64,000 bases of DNA from the NCBI RefSeq assembly GCF_009914755.1, contig NC_060927.1; one strand, given 5' to 3'. Under the pieces are notes generated by a model. It had not been told where the DNA came from. It saw only the letters and a list, made by a program, of their open reading frames with translations, and made no database searches. The position numbers were made by a program, and so were the translations under genes. Origin of the DNA: the human T2T-CHM13v2.0 reference genome, Homo sapiens. How positions within the stretch are numbered: the first letter of the stretch is position 1; each line of letters opens with the position of its first letter. Below, in pieces: positions 1 to 11,786 of this stretch.

Positions 1-480
1 ATCCCTTCCTCATCATCCTCAGGTCACACCACCCCTCTTCCTGTCACCAGCACTTCCTCAGTATCTACAGGTCACGTCACCCCTCTTCATGTCACCAGCC
101 CTTCCTCATCATCCACAGGTCAGGCCACCCCTCTTCCTGTCACCAGCACTTCCTCAGTATCTACAGGTCACGTCACCCCTCTTCATGTCACCAGCCCTTC
201 CTCAGCATCCACAGGTCACGCCACCCCTCTTCCTGTCACCAGCACTTCCTCAGCATCCACAGGTCACGCCACCCCTCTTCCTGTCACCGACGCTTCCTCA
301 GTGTCCACAGGTCACGCCACGCCTCTTCCTGTCACCGACACTTCCTCAGCATCCACAGGTGACACCACCCCTCTTCCTGTCACCGACACTTCCTCAGCAT
401 CCACAGGTCAGGCCACCCCTCTTCCTGTCACCAGCCTTTCCTCAGTATCCACAGGTCACGCCACCCCTCTTGCTGTCAGC
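1..480 (+). repeat. MUC4 coding 48-bp VNTR, last ~10 units
   Basis: Recurrent unit gccacccctcttcctgtcaccgacacttcctcagcatccacaggtcac. Confidence 0.95.
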
Positions 481-538
481 AGTGCTACCTCAGCTTCCAC
501 AGTATCCTCGGACTCCCCTCTGAAGATGGAAACATCAG
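1..538 (+). CDS. MUC4: MUC4 exon 2, 3' end (16-aa PTS tandem repeats; 5'-truncated by window)
   Basis: Frame 1 reads ...TPLPVTDTSSASTG...SSDSPLKMETS-G; donor CAG|GTAGCT at 538/539. Confidence 0.97.
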
Positions 539-872
539 GTAGCTGCCAACTGCCTCGCCTTTATGTCTCCCAGTGGGCCCCTTGGCGGAATTCAGCCTAA
601 GGAGTACCTGAGAACACTGGTGCATTCGCATTACCTGGTGGGGCCGTGTCAGGTCCCACAGGGGAGGAGGTGATGGGTGTGGTGGGTGACAGGCTCACCC
701 TCCTTTGTGCCGCAATCGAAAAGCACTGATGTCGAGAGTAGTTTGGATATGAGCAGGGGAGAGACAAGGAGTTTCCAGCTCTCTCTTCCAGCTCCTGATT
801 TCTTTGAATCTCTTTGACTCTCCTGTTTTGTTACTGTAAGAAACACCCCGCCTTGTCTTTTCACGTGTCCAG

Positions 873-1025
873 GAATGACAACACCGTCACTGAAGACAGA
901 CGGTGGGAGACGCACAGCCACATCACCACCCCCCACAACCTCCCAGACCATCATTTCCACCATTCCCAGCACTGCCATGCACACCCGCTCCACAGCTGCC
1001 CCCATCCCCATCCTGCCTGAGAGAG
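873..1025 (+). CDS. MUC4: MUC4 exon 3 (153 bp)
   Basis: ccag|GA ATG ACA...; MTTPSLKTDGG...PILPER; donor G|GTGAG. Confidence 0.95.
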
Positions 1026-1382
1026 GTGAGGCCATACAGGTGAGGCCTGTGCCTTTTGAGGGGTGATGTAACTGAAGGCTCCCTCTCAGCCTACTTCCCA
1101 CAGTCTCTGCTCTCTCGGGTGGGGAGAGCCTTACCGAGGACAGGGACACAGCATCGGAGTCGCTCCTGAGGGCTGGCTTTGTGCATGGCACTGGGCCAGG
1201 AGCTGGAGACAGAGAAATGACCCCAGTGCCATTCAGCAAGGGATAGATGGACGGTCCGGTAGCGGCGGTTAGAGGACTCATCCCAGGGTCTAAGTGCACA
1301 CAATGGAAGGCCCTAAGGAATGCAGAGCCGGGGATGGAGGAGCACCCCAGGCAGGGAGGAGGGCGGGAACAGCTGGAACAAA

Positions 1383-3950
1383 GGTGTGGAAGGTATGGGT
1401 GTGGAAGGTATGGGTGTGGAAGGTATGGCCGTGGAAGGTATGGGTGTGGAAGGTATGGGTGTGGAAGGTATGGGTGTGGAAGGTATGACTGTGGAAGCTA
1501 TGGGTGTGGAAGGTATGACTGTGGAAGGTATGGGTGTGGAAGGTATGACTGTGGAAGGTATGGGTGTGGAAGGTATGACTGTGGAAGGTATGGGTGTGGA
1601 AGGTATGGGTGTGGAAGGTATGGGTGTGGAAGGTATGGGTGTGGAAGGTATGGCCGTGGAAGGTATGGGTGTGGAAGGTATGGGTGTGGAAGGTATGGGT
1701 GTGGAAGGTATGACTGTGGAAGGTATGGGTGTGGAAGGTATGACTGTGGAAGGTATGGGTGTGGAAGGTATGACTGTGGAAGGTATGGGTGTGGAAGGTA
1801 TGACTGTGGAAGGTATGGGTGTGGAAGGTATGGGTGTGGAAGGTATGGGTGTGGAAGGTATGGGTGTGGAAGGTATGGGTGTGGAAGGTATGACTGTGGA
1901 AGGTATGGGTGTGGAAGGTATGACTGTGGAAGGTATGGGTGTGGAAGGTATGACTGTGGAAGGTATGGGTGTGGAAGGTATGGGTGTGGAAGGTAAGGGT
2001 GTGGAAGGTATGGGTGTGGAAGGTATGGCCGTGGAAGGTATGGGTGTGGAAGGTATGGGTGTGGAAGGTATGGGTGTGGAAGGTATGACTGTGGAAGGTA
2101 TGGGTGTGGAAGGTATGGCCGTGGAAGGTATGGGTGTGGAAGGTATGGGTGTGGAAGGTATGGGTGTGGAAGGTATGGCCGTGGAAGGTATGGGTGTGGA
2201 AGGTATGGCCGTGGAAGGTATGGGTGTGGAAGGTATGACTGTGGAAGGTATGGGTGTGGAAGGTATGGGTGTGGAAGGTATGACTGTGGAAGGTATGGGC
2301 GTGGAAGGTATGGGCGTGGAAGGTATGGGTGTGGAAGGTATGGGTGTGGAAGGTATGGGTGTGGAAGGTATGGATGTGGAAGGTATGGGTGTGGAAGGTA
2401 TGGGTGTGGAAGGTATGGGTGTGGAAGGTATGACTGTGGAAGGTATAGGTGTGGAAGGTATGGGTGTGGAAGGTATGGGTGTGGAAGGTATGACTGTGGA
2501 AGGTATGGGTGTGGAAGGTATGGCCGTGGAAGGTATGGGTGTGGAAGGTATGACTGTGGAAGGTATGGGCGTGGAAGGTATGGGTGTGGAAGGTATGGGT
2601 GTGGAAGGTATGGGTGTGGAAGGTAAGGGTGTGGAAGGTATGGGTGTGGAAGGTATGGGTGTGGAAGGTATGGGTGTGGAAGGTATGACTGTGGAAGGTA
2701 TGGGTGTGGAAGGTATGGATGTGGAAGGTATGGGTGTGGAAGGTATGACTGTGGAAGGTATGGGTGTGGAAGGTATGGGTGTGGAAGGTATGGGTGTGGA
2801 AGGTATGACTGTGGAAGGTATGGGTGTGGAAGGTATGGCCGTGGAAGGTATGACTGTGGAAGGTATGGGTGTGGAAGGTATGGGTGTGGAAGGTATGGGT
2901 GTGGAAGGTATGGCCGTGGAAGGTATGGGTGTGGAAGGTATGGGTGTGGAAGGTATGGGTGTGGAAGGTATGGGTGTGGAAGGTATGACTGTGGAAGGTA
3001 TGGGTGTGGAAGGTATGGGCGTGGAAGGTATGGGTGTGGAAGGTATGGGTGTGGAAGGTATGGCCGTGGAAGGTATGGATGTGGAAGGTATGGGTGTGGA
3101 AGGTATGGGTGTGGAAGGTATGACTGTGGAAGGTATGGGTGTGGAAGGTATGACTGTGGAAGGTATGGGTGTGGAAGGTATGGGTGTGGAAGGTATGACT
3201 GTGGAAGGTATGGGTGTGGAAGGTATGGGTGTGGAAGGTATGGCCGTGGAAGGTATGGGTGTGGAAGGTATGGCCGTGGAAGGTATGGGTGTGGAAGGTA
3301 TGGGTGTGGAAGGTATGGGTGTGGAAGGTATGGCCGTGGAAGGTATGGGTGTGGAAGGTATGGGTGTGGAAGGTATGACTGTGGAAGGTATGGGCGTGGA
3401 AGGTATGGGCGTGGAAGGTATGGGTGTGGAAGGTATGGGTGTGGAAGGTATGGATGTGGAAGGTATGACTGTGGAAGGTATGACTGTGGAAGGTATGGGT
3501 GTGGAAGGTATGGGTGTGGAAGGTATGGGTGTGGAAGGTATGGGTGTGGAAGGTATGGGTGTGGAAGGTATGACTGTGGAAGGTATGGGCGTGGAAGGTA
3601 TGGGCGTGGAAGGTATGGGTGTGGAAGGTATGGGTGTGGAAGGTATGGGTGTGGAAGGTATGGGTGTGGAAGGTATGGGTGTGGAAGGTATGACTGTGGA
3701 AGGTATGGGTGTGGAAGGTATGGGCGTGGAAGGTATGGGTGTGGAAGGTATGGGTGTGGAAGGTATGGGTGTGGAAGGTATGGCCGTGGAAGGTATGGGT
3801 GTGGAAGGTATGACTGTGGAAGGTATGGGTGTGGAAGGTATGACTGTGGAAGGTATGGGTGTGGAAGGTATGGGTGTGGAAGGTATGACTGTGGAAGGTA
3901 TGGGTGTGGAAGGTATGGGTGTGGAAGGTACGAGTGTGGTAGGTATGGCT
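1383..3950. repeat. Intron 3 minisatellite, 15-bp unit GGTGTGGAAGGTATG, ~170 copies
   Basis: Constant 15-bp period with variant triplets (ggt/act/gcc/ggc/gat). Confidence 0.98.
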
Positions 3951-4348
3951 GCAGAAAGTCGTCCCGGTGCTGCATGGGGAGTGGATCCCCGAAGCATTTG
4001 GGGTGGCTGAAAATGAGAAGAAGGGTAGCAAAAAGTGCGGCCGGCATGCGGGGAATCCTGTAGGCAACGGGAGCCAGGGAGGACTCAGTTTTGCATTGTA
4101 CAAATGGCATTTAACAAGTGGTGCCTGGAGCGGTCCGATTTGCAGGCAGTGAGGAGGCCAGGAGAGCCTGCGGGTTTCCAAGCAGGACCAGGGGAGGGCG
4201 CCAAGGAGTCGGCAGCTGCGAGAAATATTTGGGACAAGGTTTCTCACACTGGAGCCCGAGGGCCTCTAGGGAGTCCTAGGTTAAATTGGAGGAGTCTTCA
4301 AGTTTATCTGGAGAAAGGCCGTCTTAGGAAACAAGTCTCATTCCCTGA

Positions 4349-4695
<347 letters not shown>

Positions 4696-5010
4696 ATAGA
4701 CTTTTGTCTTTTAACCCTGAAAAGGATTGAGACTAAGAGATTGAGAATCGTTTGCTGGTATTCTGACAGCAGGACCTGTTTTTCTCCAAGCTGGGGAAGG
4801 ATGAGAGGCGCAGTTTAGGGAGTAAAATGACCACATGCATTTAATGTGGGTGGAGAGGGAGCGAGAAGCACCCTAGATGGCTGCCTCTGGGGCCCTCGGG
4901 GAACACAGGACAGGTGTGGGCAGCCTGCGGGGAGCGCTCTGGGATCCCTTTCAGCCCTAAAGAAGGCCCAGGCCCACTTGGACTTCCTGCTCTTCTCTGT
5001 CCTGGCCCAG

Positions 5011-5144
5011 GAGTTTCCCTCTTCCCCTATGGGGCAGACGCCGGGGACCTGGAGTTCGTCAGGAGGACCGTGGACTTCACCTCCCCACTCTTCAAGCCGG
5101 CGACTGGCTTCCCCCTTGGCTCCTCTCTCCGTGATTCCCTCTAC
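5011..5144 (+). CDS. MUC4: MUC4 exon 4
   Basis: cccag|GA GTT TCC; VSLFPYGADAGDLEFVRRTVDF...RDSLY; donor gtgagt. Confidence 0.95.
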
Positions 5145-5536
5145 GTGAGTCCGGGCTGCGGCCCGCGCAGCCTGAACTCCCAGGGCCCACTTCTCTCTCC
5201 TGCTTCGAGACGGAACCCAGAGGAAGCGGGAATGGAAGCAGCCTTGGCTGGGCCCCTCGTCCATCCCCACAGCCTCCTTAATGTCAGGCCTCTGCCTGAG
5301 GAACACAGGGTGCCAGGCGAGGGCTGCCCACCTGCTGGGCCCACCGCTGCTTCTGCGGGGCCTTCTCAGGAGTAAAAAGCTACACTTGGGAAACTGGACT
5401 GTTCCTGCCGTTTCCACCTTCTGGGATTTGTCTCTGGCCCCCTGGTCCCTGCCTCCTGGAGCAGAGTTGGAGGGACAGTCCTGGCTCCTGTGGCCCTGAG
5501 GGAGGAGGCTGAGTCCGAACACAGCATGAGAGGGCG

Positions 5537-7102
5537 ACTGAGCGATGGAGAGGGTGTCCACACCTGCTGAGCGATAGAGAGAGGGTGTCCACACCTGCTG
5601 AGCGATGGCGAGAGGGTGTCCACACCTGCTGAGCGATAGAGAGAGGGTGTCCACACCTGCTGAGCGATGGCGAGAGGGTGTCCACACCTGCTGAGCGATA
5701 GAGAGAGGGTGTCCACACCTGCTGAGCGATGGAGAGAGGGTGTCCACACCTGCTGAGTGATAGAGAGAGAGTGTCCACACCTGCTGAGCGATGGAGAGAG
5801 GGTGTCCACACCTGCTGAGTGAGAGAGAGGTTTCCACCCCCTAAGTGATGGAGATGGGGTGTCTGCACCCCTGAGTGATGGAGAGAGGGTGTCTACACCC
5901 CTGAGCGATGGAGGGGGGTGCCTACACCTGCTGAGCGATAGAGAGAGGTTTCCACCCCCTAAGTGATGGAGATGGGGTGTCTGCACCCCTGAGCGATGGA
6001 GAGAGGGTGTCTACACCTGCTGAGTGATAGAGAGAGGTTTCCACCCCCTAAGTGATGGAGATGGGGTGTCTGCACCCCTGAGCGATGGAGAGAGGGTGTC
6101 TACACCCCTGAGCGATGGAGAGGGGGTGTCTACACCCCTGAGCGATGGAGAGAGGATGTCTACACCCCGAACGATAGAGAGGGTGTCCACACCCCTGAGC
6201 GATGAAGGGAGGGTGTCTACACCCCTGAGCGATGGAGAGAGGGTGTCCACACCCCTGAGCGATGGAGAGAGGGTGTCTACACCCCTGAGCGATGGAGAGA
6301 GGGTATCTACACCCCTGAGCGATGGAGAGAGGGTGTCTACACCCCTGAGCGATGAAGGGAGGGTGTCTATAGCCCTGAGCACCCCTGAGCGATGAAGGGA
6401 GGGTGTCTATACCCCTGAGCGATGGAGAGAGGGTGTCTACACCCCTGAGCGATGGAGAGGGGGTGTCTACACCCCTGAGCGATGGAGAGGGGGTGTCTAC
6501 ACCCCTGAGCGATGGAGAGAGGGTGTCTACACCCCTGAGCGATGGAGAGAGGATGTCTACACCCCTGAGCGATGAAGGGAGGGTGTCTACACCCCTGAGG
6601 GATGGAGAGAGGGTGTCCACACCTGCTGAGTGATAGAGAGAGGTTTCCACCCCCTAAGTGATGGAGATGGGGTGTCTGCACCCCTGAGCGATGGAGAGAG
6701 GGTGTCTACACCCCTGAGCGGTGGAGAGAGGGTGTCTACACCCCTGAGCGATGAAGGGAGGGTGTCTACACCCCTGAGCGATGAAGGGAGGGTGTCTACA
6801 CCCCTGAGCGATGGAGAGAGGGTGTCTACACCCCTGAGCGATGAAGGGAGGGTGTCTACACCCCTGAGCGATGAAGGGAGGGTGTCTACACCCCTGAGCG
6901 ATGAAGGGAGGGTGTCTACACCCCTGAGCGATGGAGAGAGGGTGTCTACACCTGCTGAGCAATAGATAGAGGGTTCCACCCCCTAAGTGATGGAGATGGG
7001 GTGTCTGCACCCCTGAGCGATGGAGAGAGGGTGTCTACACCCCTGAGCGACGGAGGGAGGGCTCCACCCACTGAGCGATGGAGAGAGGGTTCCACTCCCT
7101 GA
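5537..7102. repeat. Intron 4 composite minisatellite, 30/31-bp units (ctgagcgatggagagagggtgtctacaccc)
   Basis: ~50 related units in blocks of subtypes. Confidence 0.95.
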
Positions 7103-7439
7103 GCCCCACCTAATGTGTCGCAAACTTCAGGATGGGGCCCAGGGGACTGGCCAAGAGGGGTGTGCCTGTGAGGGGCTGGTCCACGGCCAGGGATCTGCAG
7201 TGAAACAGGACCAAGCCTACCACCCGAGGACGCAAGGGATGGCCTGAGGGCGGAGCATTCTGTGAGATTATATGGAAAGGGCTCTCCCCAAAACAGGACA
7301 CAGGAGGTGACTTCCAGGGGTTGTTAGCATCTCTAAAGCTCTACCCTTGGGGGTCACGCTTTTGAGGAGCTGGACCAAGGCTGGGACTTTCCTCCCCACT
7401 TCCCTCCCTGAATGCTGACCACAAAACCCATGTGCTCAG

Positions 7440-7604
7440 TTCACAGACAATGGCCAGATCATCTTCCCAGAGTCAGACTACCAGATTTTCTCCTACCCCA
7501 ACCCACTCCCAACAGGCTTCACAGGCCGGGACCCTGTGGCCCTGGTGGCTCCGTTCTGGGACGATGCTGACTTCTCCACTGGTCGGGGGACCACATTTTA
7601 TCAG
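7440..7604 (+). CDS. MUC4: MUC4 exon 5 (NIDO region)
   Basis: FTDNGQIIFPESDY...VAPFWDDADFSTGRGTTFYQ; AG/GT boundaries; 165 bp. Confidence 0.95.
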
Positions 7605-7766
7605 GTGAGCCTTTCAAAGCCTGGCAGTCAGGATCCCCCAGCAGCTGGCAGGGGAGACAAAGAGCTGTGTGGAAGGCTTTGCCAGAGTTGCTGCTGTGAC
7701 AGCCCCTGCAGCAGGGGACTGAGGCTTAAATATGGGTGTGGGAGGAAGCAGTCAAGGGACATTAAG

Positions 7767-8823
7767 CTGACTCAGGAGTACCCCAACCCAACCACGAGAC
7801 TGACCAGGAATACCCCAACCCAACCACGAGACTGACCAGGAATACCCCAACCCGGCCGCGAGACTGACCAGGAATACCCCAACCCAACCACAAGACTGAC
7901 CAGGAATACCCCAACCCAACCACGAGACTGACCAGGAATACCCCAACCCAACCACGAGACTGACCAGGAATACCCCAACCCAACCACGAGACTGACCAGG
8001 AATACCCCAACCCAACCACGAGACTGACCAGGAATACCCCAACCCAACCACGAGACTGACCAGGAATACCCCAACCCAACCACGAGACTGACCAGGAATA
8101 CCCCAACCCAACCACGAGACTGACCAGGAATACCCCAACCCGGCCGCGAGACTGACCAGGAATACCCCAACCCAGCCACGAGACTGACCAGGAATACCCC
8201 AACCCAACCACGAGACTGACCAGGAATACCCCAACCCAACCACGAGACTGACCAGGAATACCCCAACCCGGCCGCGAGACTGACCAGGAATACCCCAACC
8301 CAACCACGAGACTGACCAGGAATACCCCAACCCGGCCACGAGACTGACCAGGAATACCCCAACCCGGCCGCGAGACTGACCAGGAATACCCCAACCCGGC
8401 CGCGAGACTGACCAGGAATACCCCAACCCGGCCGCGAGACTGACCAGGAATACCCCAACCCGGCCGCGAGACTGACCAGGAATACCCCAACCCGGCCGCG
8501 AGACTGACCAGGAATACCCCAACCCGGCCGCGAGACTGACCAGGAATACCCCAACCCGGCCGCGAGACTGACCAGGAATACCCCAACCCGGCCGCGAGAC
8601 TGACCAGGAATACCCCAACCCGGCCGCGAGACTGACCAGGAATACCCCAACCCGGCCGCGAGACTGACCAGGAATACCCCAACCCGGCCACGAGACTGAC
8701 CAGGAATACCCCAACCCAACCACGAGACTGACCAGGAATACCCCAACCCAACCACGAGACTGACCAGGAATACCCCAACCCGGCCGCGAGACTGACCAGG
8801 AATACCCCAACCCGGCCACGAGA
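7767..8823. repeat. Intron 5 minisatellite, 32-bp unit gagactgaccaggaataccccaacc(caaccac/cggccgc), ~33 copies
   Basis: Near-perfect tandem array. Confidence 0.97.
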
Positions 8824-9396
8824 AGACCTGCAGGTGACGGGGGATGGGGGCTGACAATTCAGCCTTTGATTGTAAAATCAGGCTGTAGGGGGTCTGTCCT
8901 AACAAGAGTGAGTCAAGAGGGCCCGTCCTGTGCTCCTGGACTGGGTGAATAACTCCAATCAGAGGAAATGTGATGAAAGCTACTGCAGGAAGTGTGGACC
9001 GTGCCCCTGCCACGGACAGGGCAGTGTGGAGGCTCCAAGAGGAAGAGACTCACGCCTGTTCTCAAGAAGCTGCAGATTAGGCATGGGGAGGTAAAAGTGG
9101 GCCCGAGTGGCTCTGCTCTCTGGGCCAGTTTGAGCTAAGATGCTTGAGTTCAAGTCCAGAGGTCTTGGACGTCTGGGCCACGACCCTGCATTCTGCACAC
9201 TGCAGGCCTTCCTGCAGCCCAAGTTTGAATTGAACTTCACCTCAGAAAAGCTCACGGCAAAAATGCAGGCCTGGGACAGGGGAGGGCAGGCCATTGGGTG
9301 GGCTGAAGTGGGCAGGGTCCTCAGGCAGAAAGTGGGGGGCCCATGTGTAGGAGTGGGACCCTCGTTGGCTTGTTTTCATCTGCCCTCCTTTCCTAG

Positions 9397-9552
9397 GAAT
9401 ACGAGACGTTCTATGGTGAACACAGCCTGCTAGTCCAGCAGGCCGAGTCTTGGATTAGAAAGATCACAAACAACGGGGGCTACAAGGCCAGGTGGGCCCT
9501 AAAGGTCACGTGGGTCAATGCCCACGCCTATCCTGCCCAGTGGACCCTCGGG
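9397..9552 (+). CDS. MUC4: MUC4 exon 6 (NIDO)
   Basis: EYETFYGEHSLL...AYPAQWTLG; tag|GAA and GGG|gtgag. Confidence 0.95.
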
Positions 9553-10615
9553 GTGAGTAGACCCCTGGGCAGCTCCCAGGAGCTATCTGGGAGTCAGACA
9601 TCCTAGAATCCTAGGCAGGGGCCACTCTTCCAAAATCCTCTCTGGCTCTAGGAAAGATTGCTAATTATAGCAAGCCCCCCCACCGCCACCCCCCCACTGC
9701 CACCACTGTTGGCTGAGCACTCACCGTGGGCCCGGCCTGTCTCGGCCCTTTGCCTACTTGACCTCACAGCAGCCCAGCAAACCGGGTATTATTAGGCTGA
9801 AACATAGCAAGTGGCATTTTTGTAAGTCAAAAATGTCTGGCTATTCGCAATTTCACGTGGCTCAGTCTGGTATTATGCTCCCCATTTTACAGATGAGGAA
9901 GACAATGGTTAGAGAGGTTAAGTAACTCGTTCAGAGTCACGCCGCTGGCAAATGGCAAAGCCAGGCCTGAGTGGAGCTTCTTCTGACTCCAGCCTCTGGC
10001 TCTGAAGCACAGGCTCATCCAACGGGCACAGGGTGCGCCACACCATCTCCTCTGTCCTCCCTCCGAGGACCCCGCTCTTGTAGTCACCAAGTTCTTCCTT
10101 ATGCCTGGTCTAAAGTCACTCATTTCTTCATTCACTCGACAAAAGTTCACTGGTCACCTACTGTGGACAACGTGTGCGCCTTCAGTGAACCCCAGTGTCA
10201 TCCATGCTGTTTAGATGGAGGAGACAATTTGGGCAATGTCCTTAAATATCCGCGCGGGAGCTAATGAAGCCTCCTCTCTAGCTCTCTGGTATCTTGGCTG
10301 ATCTCAGGTTCTGGTAGCTTTCTCTAACAAACACTCATCTAACTGAATTGTAACCCAGAACCCTTTATCTCCCCTCCTGGAAGAAAGTCACCAAAAGGCA
10401 AATCCACCGTGGTAAGTGCGTTCGCACCCAGGGTGAAAGCTGCCCTCACTGACCCAAAACTTGCCAGCATTTTGGGCCCATGTCTTTGCTGTGGGCAGAC
10501 CAGGAACAGATGCTGTGCGTGTCAGAGCAGGGCTGTGGGACGGGCGGGGGGACATAAGAGAGGAGACCCCGGATCTCTCACGGGCATCCCTGTGTTTTCT
10601 TCCACCCACCCCCAG

Positions 10616-10746
10616 AGCAACACCTACCAAGCCATCCTCTCCACGGACGGGAGCAGGTCCTATGCCCTGTTTCTCTACCAGAGCGGTGGGATGCAGTGGG
10701 ACGTGGCCCAGCGCTCAGGCAAGCCGGTGCTCATGGGCTTCTCTAG
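10616..10746 (+). CDS. MUC4: MUC4 exon 7 (NIDO)
   Basis: SNTYQAILSTDGSRSYALFLY...LMGFS; donor AG|gtagg. Confidence 0.95.
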
Positions 10747-11049
10747 GTAGGATGGGAGGGGCTGTCAGCACTGAGCAGTTGGCAGGGAGGGGTGTAGAGT
10801 CGGCTTTCGCTGCACACACACTCCCATCCTGGGGCAAGGCGGGAACCCTCCTGGCTGGTGCTTCTGACTCACGCTGACTCCAGCTCCCGCTGGGGCCAGG
10901 CATCTGGCTGCTTCCCACGACAAGATCACCCATTTGTCCGCCATGCCCTTTCCCATCCCAGTCCCCGTGAGTTGTAATCATTCCCAGAGCTTTGGCTTCC
11001 CTGATTTCCACTGACATTAGCTGGCCTCTCTTACCTTCTCAAATATCGT

Positions 11050-11265
11050 GATAATAACAGCCAAGACTGATGACACTAACACTTCGTGTACATTACTGCA
11101 TGTCATGATCACAGCCACCCCACGAGGCAGATACTATTTATCATCCCCATTCTACAGATCAGGAAACTGAGATACAAATAGACTAGCAATTTGCCTAAAG
11201 TCCCAGAGCTGGGAAGTGGCAACATGGAGATTTGAACCCAGACATCTGAGGCTAGAATCTGCCTT
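11050..11265 (-). mobile_element. MIR fragment
   Basis: ccccattctacagatcaggaaactgaga...atttgaacccag resembles the MIR core. Confidence 0.6.
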
Positions 11266-11786
11266 CCTGACTTCCTGAGAATTACCCACTTATCCAGGGG
11301 GCACCCAAAAGCTTATATGGAGCCGGTGGTGAAGGGAGAGAGGAGGCACGGGGCTGTGGGCGGTTGAAATGTGGATTCCCGTGTGTGGGAGGCTGTCTCC
11401 GATGTAGCAGTGCGCCATCTCTGTTCCCATATGCTGGGGTGTGGCAATCAGTACGAAGGCCACATGTCTTTTGTTCTTGATAATTGCTGCAAATGTCTTC
11501 TCTTACATTGAGTGTGTTCAGGTTACCCCTTTGATTACACTGCTTTCACTAGTTTCTTGGTGTGCTATGAAGGAGAAAGGAGGGGAATTACCCAACTCTA
11601 GGAATTTCACACGGTCCAGGTACACCCAAGGAAGGTGTCACGCAGGGGTGCATCATCCTGCTTGTGTCAGGGAGGAGGAAAAGCCCAAGAGTCCCCACTC
11701 TGCAGCAGGCACCCAGGGTGGGGCTGCAGGCGGCTGCTCCAGGCTTTCCTCCTTCCCGGGCCATGCTCGGACCCCACACCTGGGGA

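Noticed and set aside
89-523. 144-aa Pro/Gln ORF over exon 2
   Set aside because: Alternate frame of the MUC4 48-bp coding repeat.
1247-4247. (CGRYG)n keratin-associated-like, (HTHTF)n His-rich and (HPYLP)n ORFs
   Set aside because: Alternate frames of one 15-bp VNTR; no independent gene structure.
7752-9013. Three 338-413-aa minus-strand ORFs and a CRISPR-like 32-bp periodicity
   Set aside because: Contiguous tandem units with no unique spacers or cas genes, in a human intron; the ORFs result from a stop-free repeat.
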